A stretch of 64,000 bases of DNA from Octopus vulgaris (Eukaryota), in assembly GCA_951406725.2 (NCBI GenBank), contig OX597822.1, positions 116,560,001 to 116,624,000 of the forward strand. Reading direction: 5' to 3'. The notes under the pieces are model-generated. The model saw only the letters and a program-made list of their open reading frames with translations. It had not been told where the DNA came from and did not search any database. A program made the translations under genes and the position numbers. This document shows, piece by piece, positions 50,992-62,405 of this stretch (position 1 is its first letter; the number at the start of each line of letters is the position of its first letter).

Positions 50992-53887
50992 GCAAGAAAT
51001 AAGGTGGAGAGGAGGATCAGCTAGGTTCCTCACAGGCAAGGAACGCAGGTACAAGATTTTCTGGGCAGGGAACACTGACGGGGTTGGTGGCGTGGGTATA
51101 CTTATCGCTGAGAAATGGGTAGATAAAGTAATTGAGGTAATCAGAGTAAGTGACAGAATACTTAAGATTAGATTAGTGCTTCATCATAGTTTAGCAACCA
51201 TTATATCAGCCTATGCTCCTCAGTCGGGGCTACCCGATGGACAGAAAGACCGATTCTATGACACTCTACTGCAGACTACCTCATTGACGAACGACAGAGA
51301 CCTTATCTTTGTGGCTGGTGACTTCAATGGTCACGTTGGACGACATGCTGGGGGCTTCCATGGCGTACATGGAGGCTATGGCTATGGCTCCCGCAACGAG
51401 GAGGGAACCAGGCTGCTGGAGTTCTGCGATGCAAATAATCTTATGATTTGCAACACTAACTTCAGGAAACCTACCAGCCACCTAGTCACTTACCAATCGG
51501 GCCAACATACCAGCCAAATTGACTACATCCTTACAAGGCAAAGGGAGAGATGGCTGCTTATAAATGCCAAAACCTTCCCAGGTGAAGAATGTACCCCACA
51601 ACATAGACTGGTAGTTAGTGACTTTAGGATCAGGACTAGGAGGACAACCAGAAGACGACAAATATGGAGAAGAAGGATCTGGAAGCTTAAAGATCCTGCA
51701 AATGGACAGAGATTTAGGGACATATTACTTGAAGCCTCTGACAAAGTAGAAGGGGATAGAGCATCACAGGGGGTAGAAGACAGCTGGACGTTTCTAAGGG
51801 ACAACCTGCTGAGAGCCACTGACCAGATCTGTGGCTGGTGCAAAGTCCCCTCTCGACCTAGAGAAAAGAGACAGGCTTGGAAGGTCTGGAAAAATGGGGG
51901 TAGCAGGGAATTGTATCAGACTGCCAAAAGAGAAGCTAGGAGACAGGTTTATTTAGCCAGAGGGGAAGCAGATAAGAAAAAATTTGCCAATGTTCTGCGC
52001 CGTGAGGACCAAAGACTGGAGGTGTTTCGCGTTGCAAGACAGTGTGTGAGAGAGAATCGTGATGTGGTAGGAGAGAAGTGTGTTCGCATGGAAGATGGTT
52101 CACTTGCGCTAAATGAGGATGCAAAGAGAGAGGTTTGGAGATGCCACTATGAAAGGTTGCTGAATGAAGAAAATGAATGGGATAAAGAGAGTCTGCCGAA
52201 TGTTGACCCAACAGAGGGACCAGCTATCCGAGTTGATAGTTCTGTGGTAGCTAAGGCAATTAGAAGCATGAAGACAGGGAAAGCCCCAGGCCCATCAGGA
52301 ATCACTGCAGAGATGCTCAAAATGTCTGGTAGTGTTGGCTATAGCCTAGTCACCCATATAGTTAATCAGGTGATACACAAAGGGGTCATACCCAATGACT
52401 GGTGTAGCAGTATAATAGTCAACTGCTACAAAGGTAAAGGTGATGCCCTAGATACAAATAACTACAGAGGTATCAAGCTGTTGGACCAGGTGATGAAGGT
52501 TACGGAGAGGGTCATAGCCCAACTAATTAGAGAGAGAGTTAGTTTAGATGAGATGCAGTTTGGGTTTGTGCCAGGGAAAAGTACTACTGATGCTATATTC
52601 CTGGTAAGGCAGCTGCAGGAGAAATACCTAGCCAAAGATAAGCCCCTGTACCTGGCTTTTGTTGACATGGAGAAAGCCTTCGACAGGGTCCCCCGATCCC
52701 TTATCTGGTGGGCAATGAGAAAACTAGGGATAGATGAATGGTTAGTGAGAGCTGTGCGGGCCATGTATAGGGACGCCGCTAGTAGGGTGAGGGTTGGAAA
52801 TGAGTACAGTGAAGAATTCCGGGTAGAGGTAGGGGTCCACCAAGGCTCAGTACTCAGCCCCCTCCTATTTATCATAGTCCTCCAGGCAATAACGGAGGAA
52901 TTCAAGACAGGATGCCCTTGGGAGCTCCTCTATGCTGATGACCTTGCTCTAATTGCTGAGTCGCTATCAGAACTGGAGGAGAAGTTTCAGGTGTGGAAAC
53001 AAGGATTAGAATCGAAGGGCCTCAGAGTCAATCTAGCTAAAACCAAAGTCGTAATCAGTAGGAAGGTTGACAAATCACAAACACCTTCAGGTAGATGGCC
53101 CTGCTCGATCTGTAGAAAAGGTGTAGGTAGAAACTCTATAAGATGCACCAAGTGTAAGCTATGGACACATAAGAGATGCAGCAATGTCAAAGGAAGGCTA
53201 ACTAGGAAGATGGTTTTTGTATGTGGCAGATGCTCAGGAACAATAAACACTGAAAATGCTCTGAGACCAACTTCTGTCACTTTCCAGGGAGAAAAACTAG
53301 AAATAGTTGATAGTTTCCGTTACCTAGGTGACCAAGTCAGCAGCGGGGGCGGGTGTGCTGAAAGTGTAACTGCTAGAGTAAGAATAGCTTGGGCAAAGTT
53401 CAGAGAGCTCTTACCTCTGCTGGTGACAAAAGGCCTCTCGCACAGAGTGAAAGGCAGACTGTATGATGCGTGTGTGCGAACAGCCATGCTACATGGCAGT
53501 GAAACATGGGCCGTGACTGCTGAGGATATGCGTAAGCTCGCTAGAAATGAAGCCAGTATGCTCCGATGGATGTGTAATGCCAGTACTCACACTCGGCAGA
53601 GTGTAAGTACCTTGAGAGAAAAGCTGGACCTAAGAAGCATCAGTTGTGGTGTGCAAGAGAGACGTTTGCGCTGGTATGGTCATGTGGCGAGAATGGATGA
53701 AGATAGTTGTGTGAAAAAGTGCCACACCCTAGCGGTTGAGGGAACCTGTGGAAGAGGCAGACCCAGGAAAACCTGGGACGAGGTGGTGAAGCACGACCTT
53801 CGAACTTTAGGTCTCACTGAGGAAATGACTAGAGACCGAGACCTCTGGAAGTGTGCTGTGCACGAGAAGACCCGGCAGGACAAGTGA
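50990..53887 (+). CDS. RTE-clade LINE ORF (APE endonuclease + reverse transcriptase + PHD-like finger), 5'-truncated
   Basis: QE, YAP, GDFNGHVG, IDYI and QH APE motifs; NYRGI, FVDMEKAFD, QGSVLSP and YADD RT motifs; RLRWYGHV..RGRP RTE C-terminus. Confidence 0.95.
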   Translation: MQEIRWRGGSARFLTGKERRYKIFWAGNTDGVGGVGILIAEKWVDKVIEVIRVSDRILKIRLVLHHSLATIISAYAPQSGLPDGQKDRFYDTLLQTTSLTNDRDLIFVAGDFNGHVGRHAGGFHGVHGGYGYGSRNEEGTRLLEFCDANNLMICNTNFRKPTSHLVTYQSGQHTSQIDYILTRQRERWLLINAKTFPGEECTPQHRLVVSDFRIRTRRTTRRRQIWRRRIWKLKDPANGQRFRDILLEASDKVEGDRASQGVEDSWTFLRDNLLRATDQICGWCKVPSRPREKRQAWKVWKNGGSRELYQTAKREARRQVYLARGEADKKKFANVLRREDQRLEVFRVARQCVRENRDVVGEKCVRMEDGSLALNEDAKREVWRCHYERLLNEENEWDKESLPNVDPTEGPAIRVDSSVVAKAIRSMKTGKAPGPSGITAEMLKMSGSVGYSLVTHIVNQVIHKGVIPNDWCSSIIVNCYKGKGDALDTNNYRGIKLLDQVMKVTERVIAQLIRERVSLDEMQFGFVPGKSTTDAIFLVRQLQEKYLAKDKPLYLAFVDMEKAFDRVPRSLIWWAMRKLGIDEWLVRAVRAMYRDAASRVRVGNEYSEEFRVEVGVHQGSVLSPLLFIIVLQAITEEFKTGCPWELLYADDLALIAESLSELEEKFQVWKQGLESKGLRVNLAKTKVVISRKVDKSQTPSGRWPCSICRKGVGRNSIRCTKCKLWTHKRCSNVKGRLTRKMVFVCGRCSGTINTENALRPTSVTFQGEKLEIVDSFRYLGDQVSSGGGCAESVTARVRIAWAKFRELLPLLVTKGLSHRVKGRLYDACVRTAMLHGSETWAVTAEDMRKLARNEASMLRWMCNASTHTRQSVSTLREKLDLRSISCGVQERRLRWYGHVARMDEDSCVKKCHTLAVEGTCGRGRPRKTWDEVVKHDLRTLGLTEEMTRDRDLWKCAVHEKTRQDK

Positions 53888-54490
53888 GTCCACAACCCGT
53901 GGCCTTCTACATGGGATGGAGCCAGCCTACGTATGCATACCTTCCCTTCTTGGGACACAAAACTCTACTTGTGAAGACGTGTTGAGGCAAGTGAGGATCA
54001 GAATCGAAATCGATTAATGGAAATTGCGGATGTGCTACCAGTGCCGGTGGCATGTCGAAACTCTGCTTGTGAAGACCCATTGAGGCAAGTGAGGATCAGA
54101 ATCAGAAATCGATCAATGGAAATTGCAGATGTGTTACCAGTGCCGGTGGCATGTAAGAGAACTTTCCGTTTCGCGACCGTTGCCAGCACCGCCCCGTTTC
54201 GTGTCCGTTGCCAGCCTCGCCTGGCCCTCGTGCCGGTGGCACATAAAAAGCACCATTTGTTCGTGGCCGTTTGCCAGCTCTGTCTGGCACCAGTGCGGGT
54301 GGCACGTAAAAAGCACCCACTACACTCACGGAGTGGTTGGCGTTAGGAAGGGCATCCAGCCGTAGAAACACTGCCAGATTTGACTGGGCCTGATGAAGCC
54401 TTCTGGCTTCACAGACCCCAGCAGAACAAATCCAACCCATGCTAGCATGGAAAACGGACGCTAAATGATGATGATGATGATGATGATGAT
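50990..54490 (+). mobile_element. RTE LINE, copy A, with 3' UTR and (GAT)n tail
   Basis: ORF plus about 600-bp 3' UTR containing a ~99-bp tandem duplication; TA flanks. Confidence 0.95.
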
Positions 54491-54497
54491 ATATATA

Positions 54498-54712
54498 TAA
54501 CGGGAAGGTTTACGAAAATAAACAAAAGACGAAGGCAGGTGGAGTACAAACAAATAATGTATTAGTATGGCGCTCAGGAATAGAAATAAAACAAGTCTTT
54601 TACGTTTCGAGCCTACGCTCTTCAACAGAAAGATACACAGAAAAGAAACACGGAGAGAAACAAGGAGAGAAAAAAATTGCGTGTAGGGAATAACGATCCA
54701 ACATGGCGTTAT
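54498..54712 (-). mobile_element. Short non-coding PLE-like element with minimal hammerhead
   Basis: Hammerhead-like motif 54596-54633; similarity to 4780-4960. Confidence 0.6.
54596..54633 (-). ncRNA. Minimal hammerhead-like motif with CUGUUGA core
   Basis: Minus strand: tcttt-CTGTTGA-a-gagc(gtag)gctc-GAAA-cg-TA-aaaga; perfect stems I and II, ACGT stem III, A6 replaced by U. Confidence 0.7.
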
Positions 54713-54865
54713 ACAATGGGCTTCTTTCAGTTTCTGTCTGCCAAATCCACTCACAAGGCTTTGGTTGACCCAAGGCTATAACAAAAGACACTTGCCCAAG
54801 GTGCCATACAGTGAGACTGAACCCAGAACCATGTGGTTGGTAAGCAAGCTACTTACCACACAGCC
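54713..54865 (-). mobile_element. 5' half of SINE family A
   Basis: gggcttctttcagtttc..cacttgcccaagg..cttaccacacagcc. Confidence 0.85.
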
Positions 54866-56766
54866 TGTCCCACTTAAATGTGGATGTTCTGTTAGAACAA
54901 ACTATACTGCTGCAGATACTATGAAAGAAACTCTCAGATGATAATATGAGAGATTCTCCCATGCTTTCTCTCATGATGTATTTTCCACAGTCTAGATTGT
55001 TCTGACAGAACATTCACATTTAAGAGGGGATAAATATTACCACTTTGTATTAATACTTCCCCTGTTGCTAATATATATTTCTCATTAAATCTGTATCCTA
55101 TAATGAGGGGCTGTCTTGGACAGGTTGGTAGTAAGAGTCAAAGGGTGTGCGATGAGATAAAGGCGAAAGTAGGTGATGGATGTCTAGAGAAGTAGCTCAG
55201 AAGGGAGAGTGAGTGATGGCTGGCAGTACAAAAGGGTTAGGGTTAAAGTGGACAGGGTGGCAGGATGGGAATGGTCCTATGCAATCCCTTCTGAATAAGC
55301 CTGGGTGGTGGCCATAAGTTTATTGTCAGCATTGTAGGTGATGGTAATGACAATGATAATAGAAGTGGTAGTGATAGTGGTATTGATGATGATGAGGAGG
55401 ATGAGGAGGAGGAGGAGGACAACGATGATGATGATGACGATGAGGATGACAGTAGTGAGGGTGGTGATGACAGTGGTGGTGGTGGTGGTGATATCAAGGT
55501 TATTATTGGTGTTGTTGGTGATGATGCTGGTGATGACGATGACAACAACAACGATGATGATGATGATGATGCTGGCAGTAACAATGCCAATGTCGATAAT
55601 GATGACAACGATGATGATGACAACAGTGGTGGTGGTCGTCGTCATTGTCGTGGTCATAACAGCATCAACAACAACAATTATGATGGTGAATGAAACCAAT
55701 TCCATGTGAACATCTGCAACTACGGCCACCCCTGCAGGAAACATTCTGGAGTGTCGAGTTTAGATTTATTATCAAGTTCTGTTTTCTTTTGCATTTTTAC
55801 TCTCCTCCTCCTCACTAATTTTTAAAATGTTTTTAATAGAATTTTTCCCTTCTCATTTCCTTCATCCTGTTACCCTGTTCTCTCATTTGCAAAGACCTCA
55901 CAAGAAGTTGAGCTGATGTTACAGATTTTCAAACAGCACTTCAGATAATCCTCTCTTTATAATCATGGTTTCCCTTTGTTTTTTGAGCCCTCGCTGATGC
56001 CATCATAGAAGATATTCTGAGGGTTGAGGATTGATTTTCATCTGAAGAAGATACTCTTAAACATTGTTTGATTTTTTTCCTGGGGTTTTTTTGTGTTTTT
56101 TTTTTAAACAAGTCCTGTTTTGAAACTTGGCATTTCAATCTTTTGCTTGATTTTCTCATTGACTTTTTTGTTACTATATTTCTGTTTTTGCTTCAACTAA
56201 CTTAGAAAATGATGAAAAATTTAGTAAAATAACTCTGGCATTATCAAACTGCTGTTTAAGGCAGCAAATTGGCATAATTGTTAGCATGTCAGGCAAAATG
56301 CTTAGTAGCCTTTCATCAGTCTTCATGTTCTGAGTTCAAACTCTACCAAGATAAACTTTGTCTTTCATCCTTCTGGGGTCAATAAAATTACTACCAGTTG
56401 AGCACTGAGGTTGATTTAATTGATGTACCCTCTTCCCATAATTGCTGGCCTTGTGCCAAAATTTGAACCCATTATTCGACTGCTGTTTGGAACATATATT
56501 AACATGAAATTTTGATGAAAATTTTTAATTTAGATTTACTTTTATACTCTTTTATTTGTTTCAGTCATTTGGAGCACTGCCTTTAGTCAAGCAAATCAAC
56601 CCCAGAACTTATTCTTTGTAAGCCTAGTACTTATTTCTATCAGTCTCTTTTGCTGAACTGCTAAGTTACAGGGACATAAACTGGTGTCCTGTCCAGCTGG
56701 GGAACACATACGCCATTGAAATCGGGAAACCAGGCCCATGAGCCTGGCTAGGCTTTTAAAGGGCAC

Positions 56767-56823
<57 letters not shown>

Positions 56824-56824
<1 letters not shown>

Positions 56825-57493
56825 TTTTCCTTCTTTCTTCAAATTTTCTTCTGTTTCTTGCCAAGTGTTTTCCGTACACCTAGAGCAGAGAAGCTCATTC
56901 TATGCATTCCCAGATTACACACGCAAATTCACAGGTAAAATATGTATTTAAAAAATTAATAAATAAATAAATTCATGAATGGATGTTGTTTTCACATCGA
57001 TAATACTCTTCTCAGTACATGAGCCGTTCCAGTCGACACGATCTTTTGCATTTCCTGTAGGGATGGTAAGCCTGGTATCATTTTCAAATAGGTTTCAGTA
57101 CCTTTTTTTATCATTCCTAGAGATCCCACAATCACTGGTACTGTTGTCACCTTGAGATGCCACATTTTTTCAATTTCCGTTAGCAAGTCCTTATATTTAC
57201 TAATCTTGTCAAATTCTTTTGCCGCTATATTGTGATCGCAAGGGACACTCATGTCAATTAACAAACACATCCTTTTTGTCTAATCTTTTATGATAATATC
57301 TGGTTTATTAGTTTTTATTGTTTTGTCGGTATGTACGGTAAAGTCCCACAGAATCGACACATTTTCTCCCTCAGTCACAGCTTCAGGATGGTGTTTATAC
57401 CATTTGTCAGCGGTTTTGATTTCATAATGCTGACATATTGTCCAGTGTAAATACTGGCCGACTCTGTCATGTCTTGCTTTATATTCTTTATAT
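56824..57493 (-). mobile_element. R4/Dong-like LINE 3' end (duplicate)
   Basis: Same translation as 49053-49720. Confidence 0.85.
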
Positions 57494-57524
57494 TTATTAT
57501 TATTATTATTATATGTATATATAT

Positions 57525-58240
57525 GAAATGTAGGCGGCTGACCAGATGGATTCTTAGAGCTTTTAGAACAAGAGACCAGGAAACCATGATGGTCCTCCGG
57601 AGGACACTTGTCCTTAGCCACTTTGACTATTGCTCTCAGCTATGGTCACCAAACAGTGTCAAATTAATCACAGAACTTGAGGCAATTCAACAAAGCTACA
57701 CAAAGAAGATAGTCTCTGTGCAGCATATAAGCTATTGGGAAAGACTCAAGAGATTAAGACTCTATTCCTTAGAGCGTAGGCGAGAAAGATATGCCATAAT
57801 ATACATCTGGAAGATCCTAGAAGGACTTGTCCCAAACTTTGGCATCGAGAGTTACACAAATACTAGAACTGGGCGCCACTGCATAGTGCCAAGGACTCCA
57901 AATTTACCATCAAGATGTAGGACAAGATACAGTTATAGCCTGGGCTTCAGAGGTCCACAGCTCTTCAATATCCTCCCGAAGGACCTGAGAGACCTGCATG
58001 GGGTGGATGCAGATGTCTTTAAAATAAAGCTGGCCTCTTCCTGTCAGGTGTCCCAGATGAACCAACTTCACGACAGGAGGTGCAGATGAGGGCAGCTGCA
58101 TCAAACTCTCTCATGCACCAAATGTCAATTGCTAAAAAGCATTCGTGAAGTAAAATCATGTAGCAACACTGAATGGCGGTGCCCCAGCATGGCCACAGCT
58201 CGTGAGCTGAAACTAGATAAAATGAAAAAGGAAAATGAAA
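57525..58240 (+). mobile_element. CR1-group LINE 3' end (duplicate)
   Basis: As 49752-50465 with a few substitutions and a 1-bp indel near 58031. Confidence 0.85.
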
Positions 58241-58270
58241 AAAAAAAAAAATATATATATATATATATAT

Positions 58271-58767
58271 AGCAATTAAGGACAACTACTTAATAAGGAA
58301 AACTTAACAAGAAATTGTCTGGTAGATAGCGTAAAAACCTCATAAGAGAAAAAATTTCGAAAATAATTATTTCTTATTGAACATATTAATTTATATATAG
58401 AGGGCATTATACATACATGCTAGAAGGCATAATACATACATGCCAAACGCTAAGAGGGACAATTAGTCATTTCTACCAAAAATATTACTAATCCCACCGA
58501 ATGCAATTTTTCAAAGTAAGACAGTTAGATGATCGACTTAAGCGGGGCAGGGTCGTTGTTTATTTATAATGCATTCAGGCCTGCTGATGAGTACGTAAGT
58601 ATGAAATCACTGTGATACAGGTCTATATTTTTTAAATGTCTTACTTTGAAAAATTGCATTCGGTGGGATTAGTAATATTTTTGGTAGAAATGACTAATTG
58701 TCCCTCTTAGCGTTTGGCATGTATGTATTATGCCTTCTAGCATGTATGTATAATGCCCTCTATATAT
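58271..58767. mobile_element. Fold-back hammerhead element (duplicate)
   Basis: Copy of 50495-50991. Confidence 0.85.
58577..58624 (+). ncRNA. Type I hammerhead ribozyme (duplicate)
   Basis: Identical to 50801-50848. Confidence 0.9.
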
Positions 58768-61663
58768 GCAAGAAATAAGGTGGAGAGGAGGATCAGCTAG
58801 GTTCCTCACAGGCAAGGAACGCAGGTACAAGATTTTCTGGGCAGGGAACACTGACGGGGTTGGTGGCGTGGGTATACTTATCGCTGAGAAATGGGTAGAT
58901 AAAGTAATTGAGGTAATCAGAGTAAGTGACAGAATACTTAAGATTAGATTAGTGCTTCATCATAGTTTAGCAACCATTATATCAGCCTATGCTCCTCAGT
59001 CGGGGCTACCCGATGGACAGAAAGACCGATTCTATGACACTCTACTGCAGACTACCTCATTGACGAACGACAGAGACCTTATCTTTGTGGCTGGTGACTT
59101 CAATGGTCACGTTGGACGACATGCTGGGGGCTTCCATGGCGTACATGGAGGCTATGGCTATGGCTCCCGCAACGAGGAGGGAACCAGGCTGCTGGAGTTC
59201 TGCGATGCAAATAATCTTATGATTTGCAACACTAACTTCAGGAAACCTACCAGCCACCTAGTCACTTACCAATCGGGCCAACATACCAGCCAAATTGACT
59301 ACATCCTTACAAGGCAAAGGGAGAGATGGCTGCTTATAAATGCCAAAACCTTCCCAGGTGAAGAATGTACCCCACAACATAGACTGGTAGTTAGTGACTT
59401 TAGGATCAGGACTAGGAGGACAACCAGAAGACGACAAATATGGAGAAGAAGGATCTGGAAGCTTAAAGATCCTGCAAATGGACAGAGATTTAGGGACATA
59501 TTACTTGAAGCCTCTGACGAAGTAGAAGGGGATAGAGCATCACAGGGGGTAGAAGACAGCTGGACGTTTCTAAGGGACAACCTGCTGAGAGCCACTGACC
59601 AGATCTGTGGCTGGTGCAAAGTCCCCTCTCGACCTAGAGAAAAGAGACAGGCTTGGAAGGTCTGGAAAAATGGGGGTAGCAGGGAATTGTATCAGACTGC
59701 CAAAAGAGAAGCTAGGAGACAGGTTTATTTAGCCAGAGGGGAAGCAGATAAGAAAAAATTTGCCAATGTTCTGCGCCGTGAGGACCAAAGACTGGAGGTG
59801 TTTCGCGTTGCAAGACAGTGTGTGAGAGAGAATCGTGATGTGGTAGGAGAGAAGTGTGTTCGCATGGAAGATGGTTCACTTGCGCTAAATGAGGATGCAA
59901 AGAGAGAGGTTTGGAGATGCCACTATGAAAGGTTGCTGAATGAAGAAAATGAATGGGATAAAGAGAGTCTGCCGAATGTTGACCCAACAGAGGGACCAGC
60001 TATCCGAGTTGATAGTTCTGTGGTAGCTAAGGCAATTAGAAGCATGAAGACAGGGAAAGCCCCAGGCCCATCAGGAATCACTGCAGAGATGCTCAAAATG
60101 TCTGGTAGTGTTGGCTATAGCCTAGTCACCCATATAGTTAATCAGGTGATACACAAAGGGGTCATACCCAATGACTGGTGTAGCAGTATAATAGTCAACT
60201 GCTACAAAGGTAAAGGTGATGCCCTAGATACAAATAACTACAGAGGTATCAAGCTGTTGGACCAGGTGATGAAGGTTACGGAGAGGGTCATAGCCCAACT
60301 AATTAGAGAGAGAGTTAGTTTAGATGAGATGCAGTTTGGGTTTGTGCCAGGGAAAAGTACTACTGATGCTATATTCCTGGTAAGGCAGCTGCAGGAGAAA
60401 TACCTAGCCAAAGATAAGCCCCTGTACCTGGCTTTTGTTGACATGGAGAAAGCCTTCGACAGGGTCCCCCGATCCCTTATCTGGTGGGCAATGAGAAAAC
60501 TAGGGATAGATGAATGGTTAGTGAGAGCTGTGCGGGCCATGTATAGGGACGCCGCTAGTAGGGTGAGGGTTGGAAATGAGTACAGTGAAGAATTCCGGGT
60601 AGAGGTAGGGGTCCACCAAGGCTCAGTACTCAGCCCCCTCCTATTTATCATAGTCCTCCAGGCAATAACGGAGGAATTCAAGACAGGATGCCCTTGGGAG
60701 CTCCTCTATGCTGATGACCTTGCTCTAATTGCTGAGTCGCTATCAGAACTGGAGGAGAAGTTTCAGGTGTGGAAACAAGGATTAGAATCGAAGGGCCTCA
60801 GAGTCAATCTAGCTAAAACCAAAGTCGTAATCAGTAGGAAGGTTGACAAATCACAAACACCTTCAGGTAGATGGCCCTGCTCGATCTGTAGAAAAGGTGT
60901 AGGTAGAAACTCTATAAGATGCACCAAGTGTAAGCTATGGACACATAAGAGATGCAGCAATGTCAAAGGAAGGCTAACTAGGAAGATGGTTTTTGTATGT
61001 GGCAGATGCTCAGGAACAATAAACACTGAAAATGCTCTGAGACCAACTTCTGTCACTTTCCAGGGAGAAAAACTAGAAATAGTTGATAGTTTCCGTTACC
61101 TAGGTGACCAAGTCAGCAGCGGGGGCGGGTGTGCTGAAAGTGTAACTGCTAGAGTAAGAATAGCTTGGGCAAAGTTCAGAGAGCTCTTACCTCTGCTGGT
61201 GACAAAAGGCCTCTCGCACAGAGTGAAAGGCAGACTGTATGATGCGTGTGTACGAACAGCCATGCTACATGGCAGTGAAACATGGGCCGTGACTGCTGAG
61301 GATATGCGTAAGCTCACTAGAAATGAAGCCAGTATGCTCCGATGGATGTGTAATGCCAGTACTCACACTCGGCAGAGTGTAAGTACCTTGAGAGAAAAGC
61401 TGGACCTAAGAAGCATCAGTTGTGGTGTGCAAGAGAGACGTTTGCGCTGGTATGGTCATGTGGCGAGAATGGATGAAGATAGTTGTGTGAAAAAGTGCCA
61501 CACCCTAGCGGTTGAGGGAACCTGTGGAAGAGGCAGACCCAGGAAAACCTGGGACGAGGTGGTGAAGCACGACCTTCGAACTTTAGGTCTCACTGAGGAA
61601 ATGACTAGAGACCGAGACCTCTGGAAGTGTGCTGTGCACGAGAAGACCCGGCAGGACAAGTGA
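58766..61663 (+). CDS. RTE-clade LINE ORF, copy B
   Basis: 965 aa; differs from copy A at DKVEG/DEVEG and KLARN/KLTRN. Element ends at about 62262. Confidence 0.95.
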   Translation: MQEIRWRGGSARFLTGKERRYKIFWAGNTDGVGGVGILIAEKWVDKVIEVIRVSDRILKIRLVLHHSLATIISAYAPQSGLPDGQKDRFYDTLLQTTSLTNDRDLIFVAGDFNGHVGRHAGGFHGVHGGYGYGSRNEEGTRLLEFCDANNLMICNTNFRKPTSHLVTYQSGQHTSQIDYILTRQRERWLLINAKTFPGEECTPQHRLVVSDFRIRTRRTTRRRQIWRRRIWKLKDPANGQRFRDILLEASDEVEGDRASQGVEDSWTFLRDNLLRATDQICGWCKVPSRPREKRQAWKVWKNGGSRELYQTAKREARRQVYLARGEADKKKFANVLRREDQRLEVFRVARQCVRENRDVVGEKCVRMEDGSLALNEDAKREVWRCHYERLLNEENEWDKESLPNVDPTEGPAIRVDSSVVAKAIRSMKTGKAPGPSGITAEMLKMSGSVGYSLVTHIVNQVIHKGVIPNDWCSSIIVNCYKGKGDALDTNNYRGIKLLDQVMKVTERVIAQLIRERVSLDEMQFGFVPGKSTTDAIFLVRQLQEKYLAKDKPLYLAFVDMEKAFDRVPRSLIWWAMRKLGIDEWLVRAVRAMYRDAASRVRVGNEYSEEFRVEVGVHQGSVLSPLLFIIVLQAITEEFKTGCPWELLYADDLALIAESLSELEEKFQVWKQGLESKGLRVNLAKTKVVISRKVDKSQTPSGRWPCSICRKGVGRNSIRCTKCKLWTHKRCSNVKGRLTRKMVFVCGRCSGTINTENALRPTSVTFQGEKLEIVDSFRYLGDQVSSGGGCAESVTARVRIAWAKFRELLPLLVTKGLSHRVKGRLYDACVRTAMLHGSETWAVTAEDMRKLTRNEASMLRWMCNASTHTRQSVSTLREKLDLRSISCGVQERRLRWYGHVARMDEDSCVKKCHTLAVEGTCGRGRPRKTWDEVVKHDLRTLGLTEEMTRDRDLWKCAVHEKTRQDK

Positions 61664-62367
61664 GTCCACAACCCGTGGCCTTCTACATGGGATGGAGCCA
61701 GCCTACGTATGCATACCTTCCCTTCTTGGGACACAAAACTCTACTTGTGAAGACGTGTTGAGGCAAGTGAGGATCAGAATCGAAATCGATTAATGGAAAT
61801 TGCGGATGTGCTACCAGTGCCGGTGGCATGTCGAAACTCTGCTTGTGAAGACCCATTGAGGCAAGTGAGGATCAGAATCGAAATCGATCAATGGAAATTG
61901 CAGATGTGTTACCAGTGCCGGTGGCATGTAAGAGAACTTTCCGTTTCGCGACCGTTGCCAGCACCGCCCCGTTTCGTGTCCGTTGCCAGCCTCGCCTGGC
62001 CCTCGTGCCGGTGGCACATACAAAGCACCATTTGTTCGTGGCCGTTTGCCAGCTCTGTCTGGCACCAGTGCGGGTGGCACGTAAAAAGCACCCACTACAC
62101 TCACGGAGTGGTTGGCGTTAGGAAGGGCATCCAGCCGTAGAAACACTGCCAGATTTGACTGGGCCTGATGAAGCCTTCTGGCTTCACAGACCCCAGCAGA
62201 ACTCCAACCCATGCTAGCATGGAAAACGGACGCTAAATGATGATGATGATGATGATGATGATATATATATAACGGGAAGGTTTACGAAAATAAACAAAAG
62301 ACGAAGGCAGGTGGAGTACAAACAAATAATGTATTAGTATGGCGCTCAGGAATAGAAATAAAACAAG

Positions 62368-62405
62368 TCTTTTACGTTTCGAGCCTACGCTCTTCAACAG
62401 AAAGA
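62368..62405 (-). ncRNA. Minimal hammerhead-like motif (duplicate)
   Basis: Identical to 54596-54633. Confidence 0.7.
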
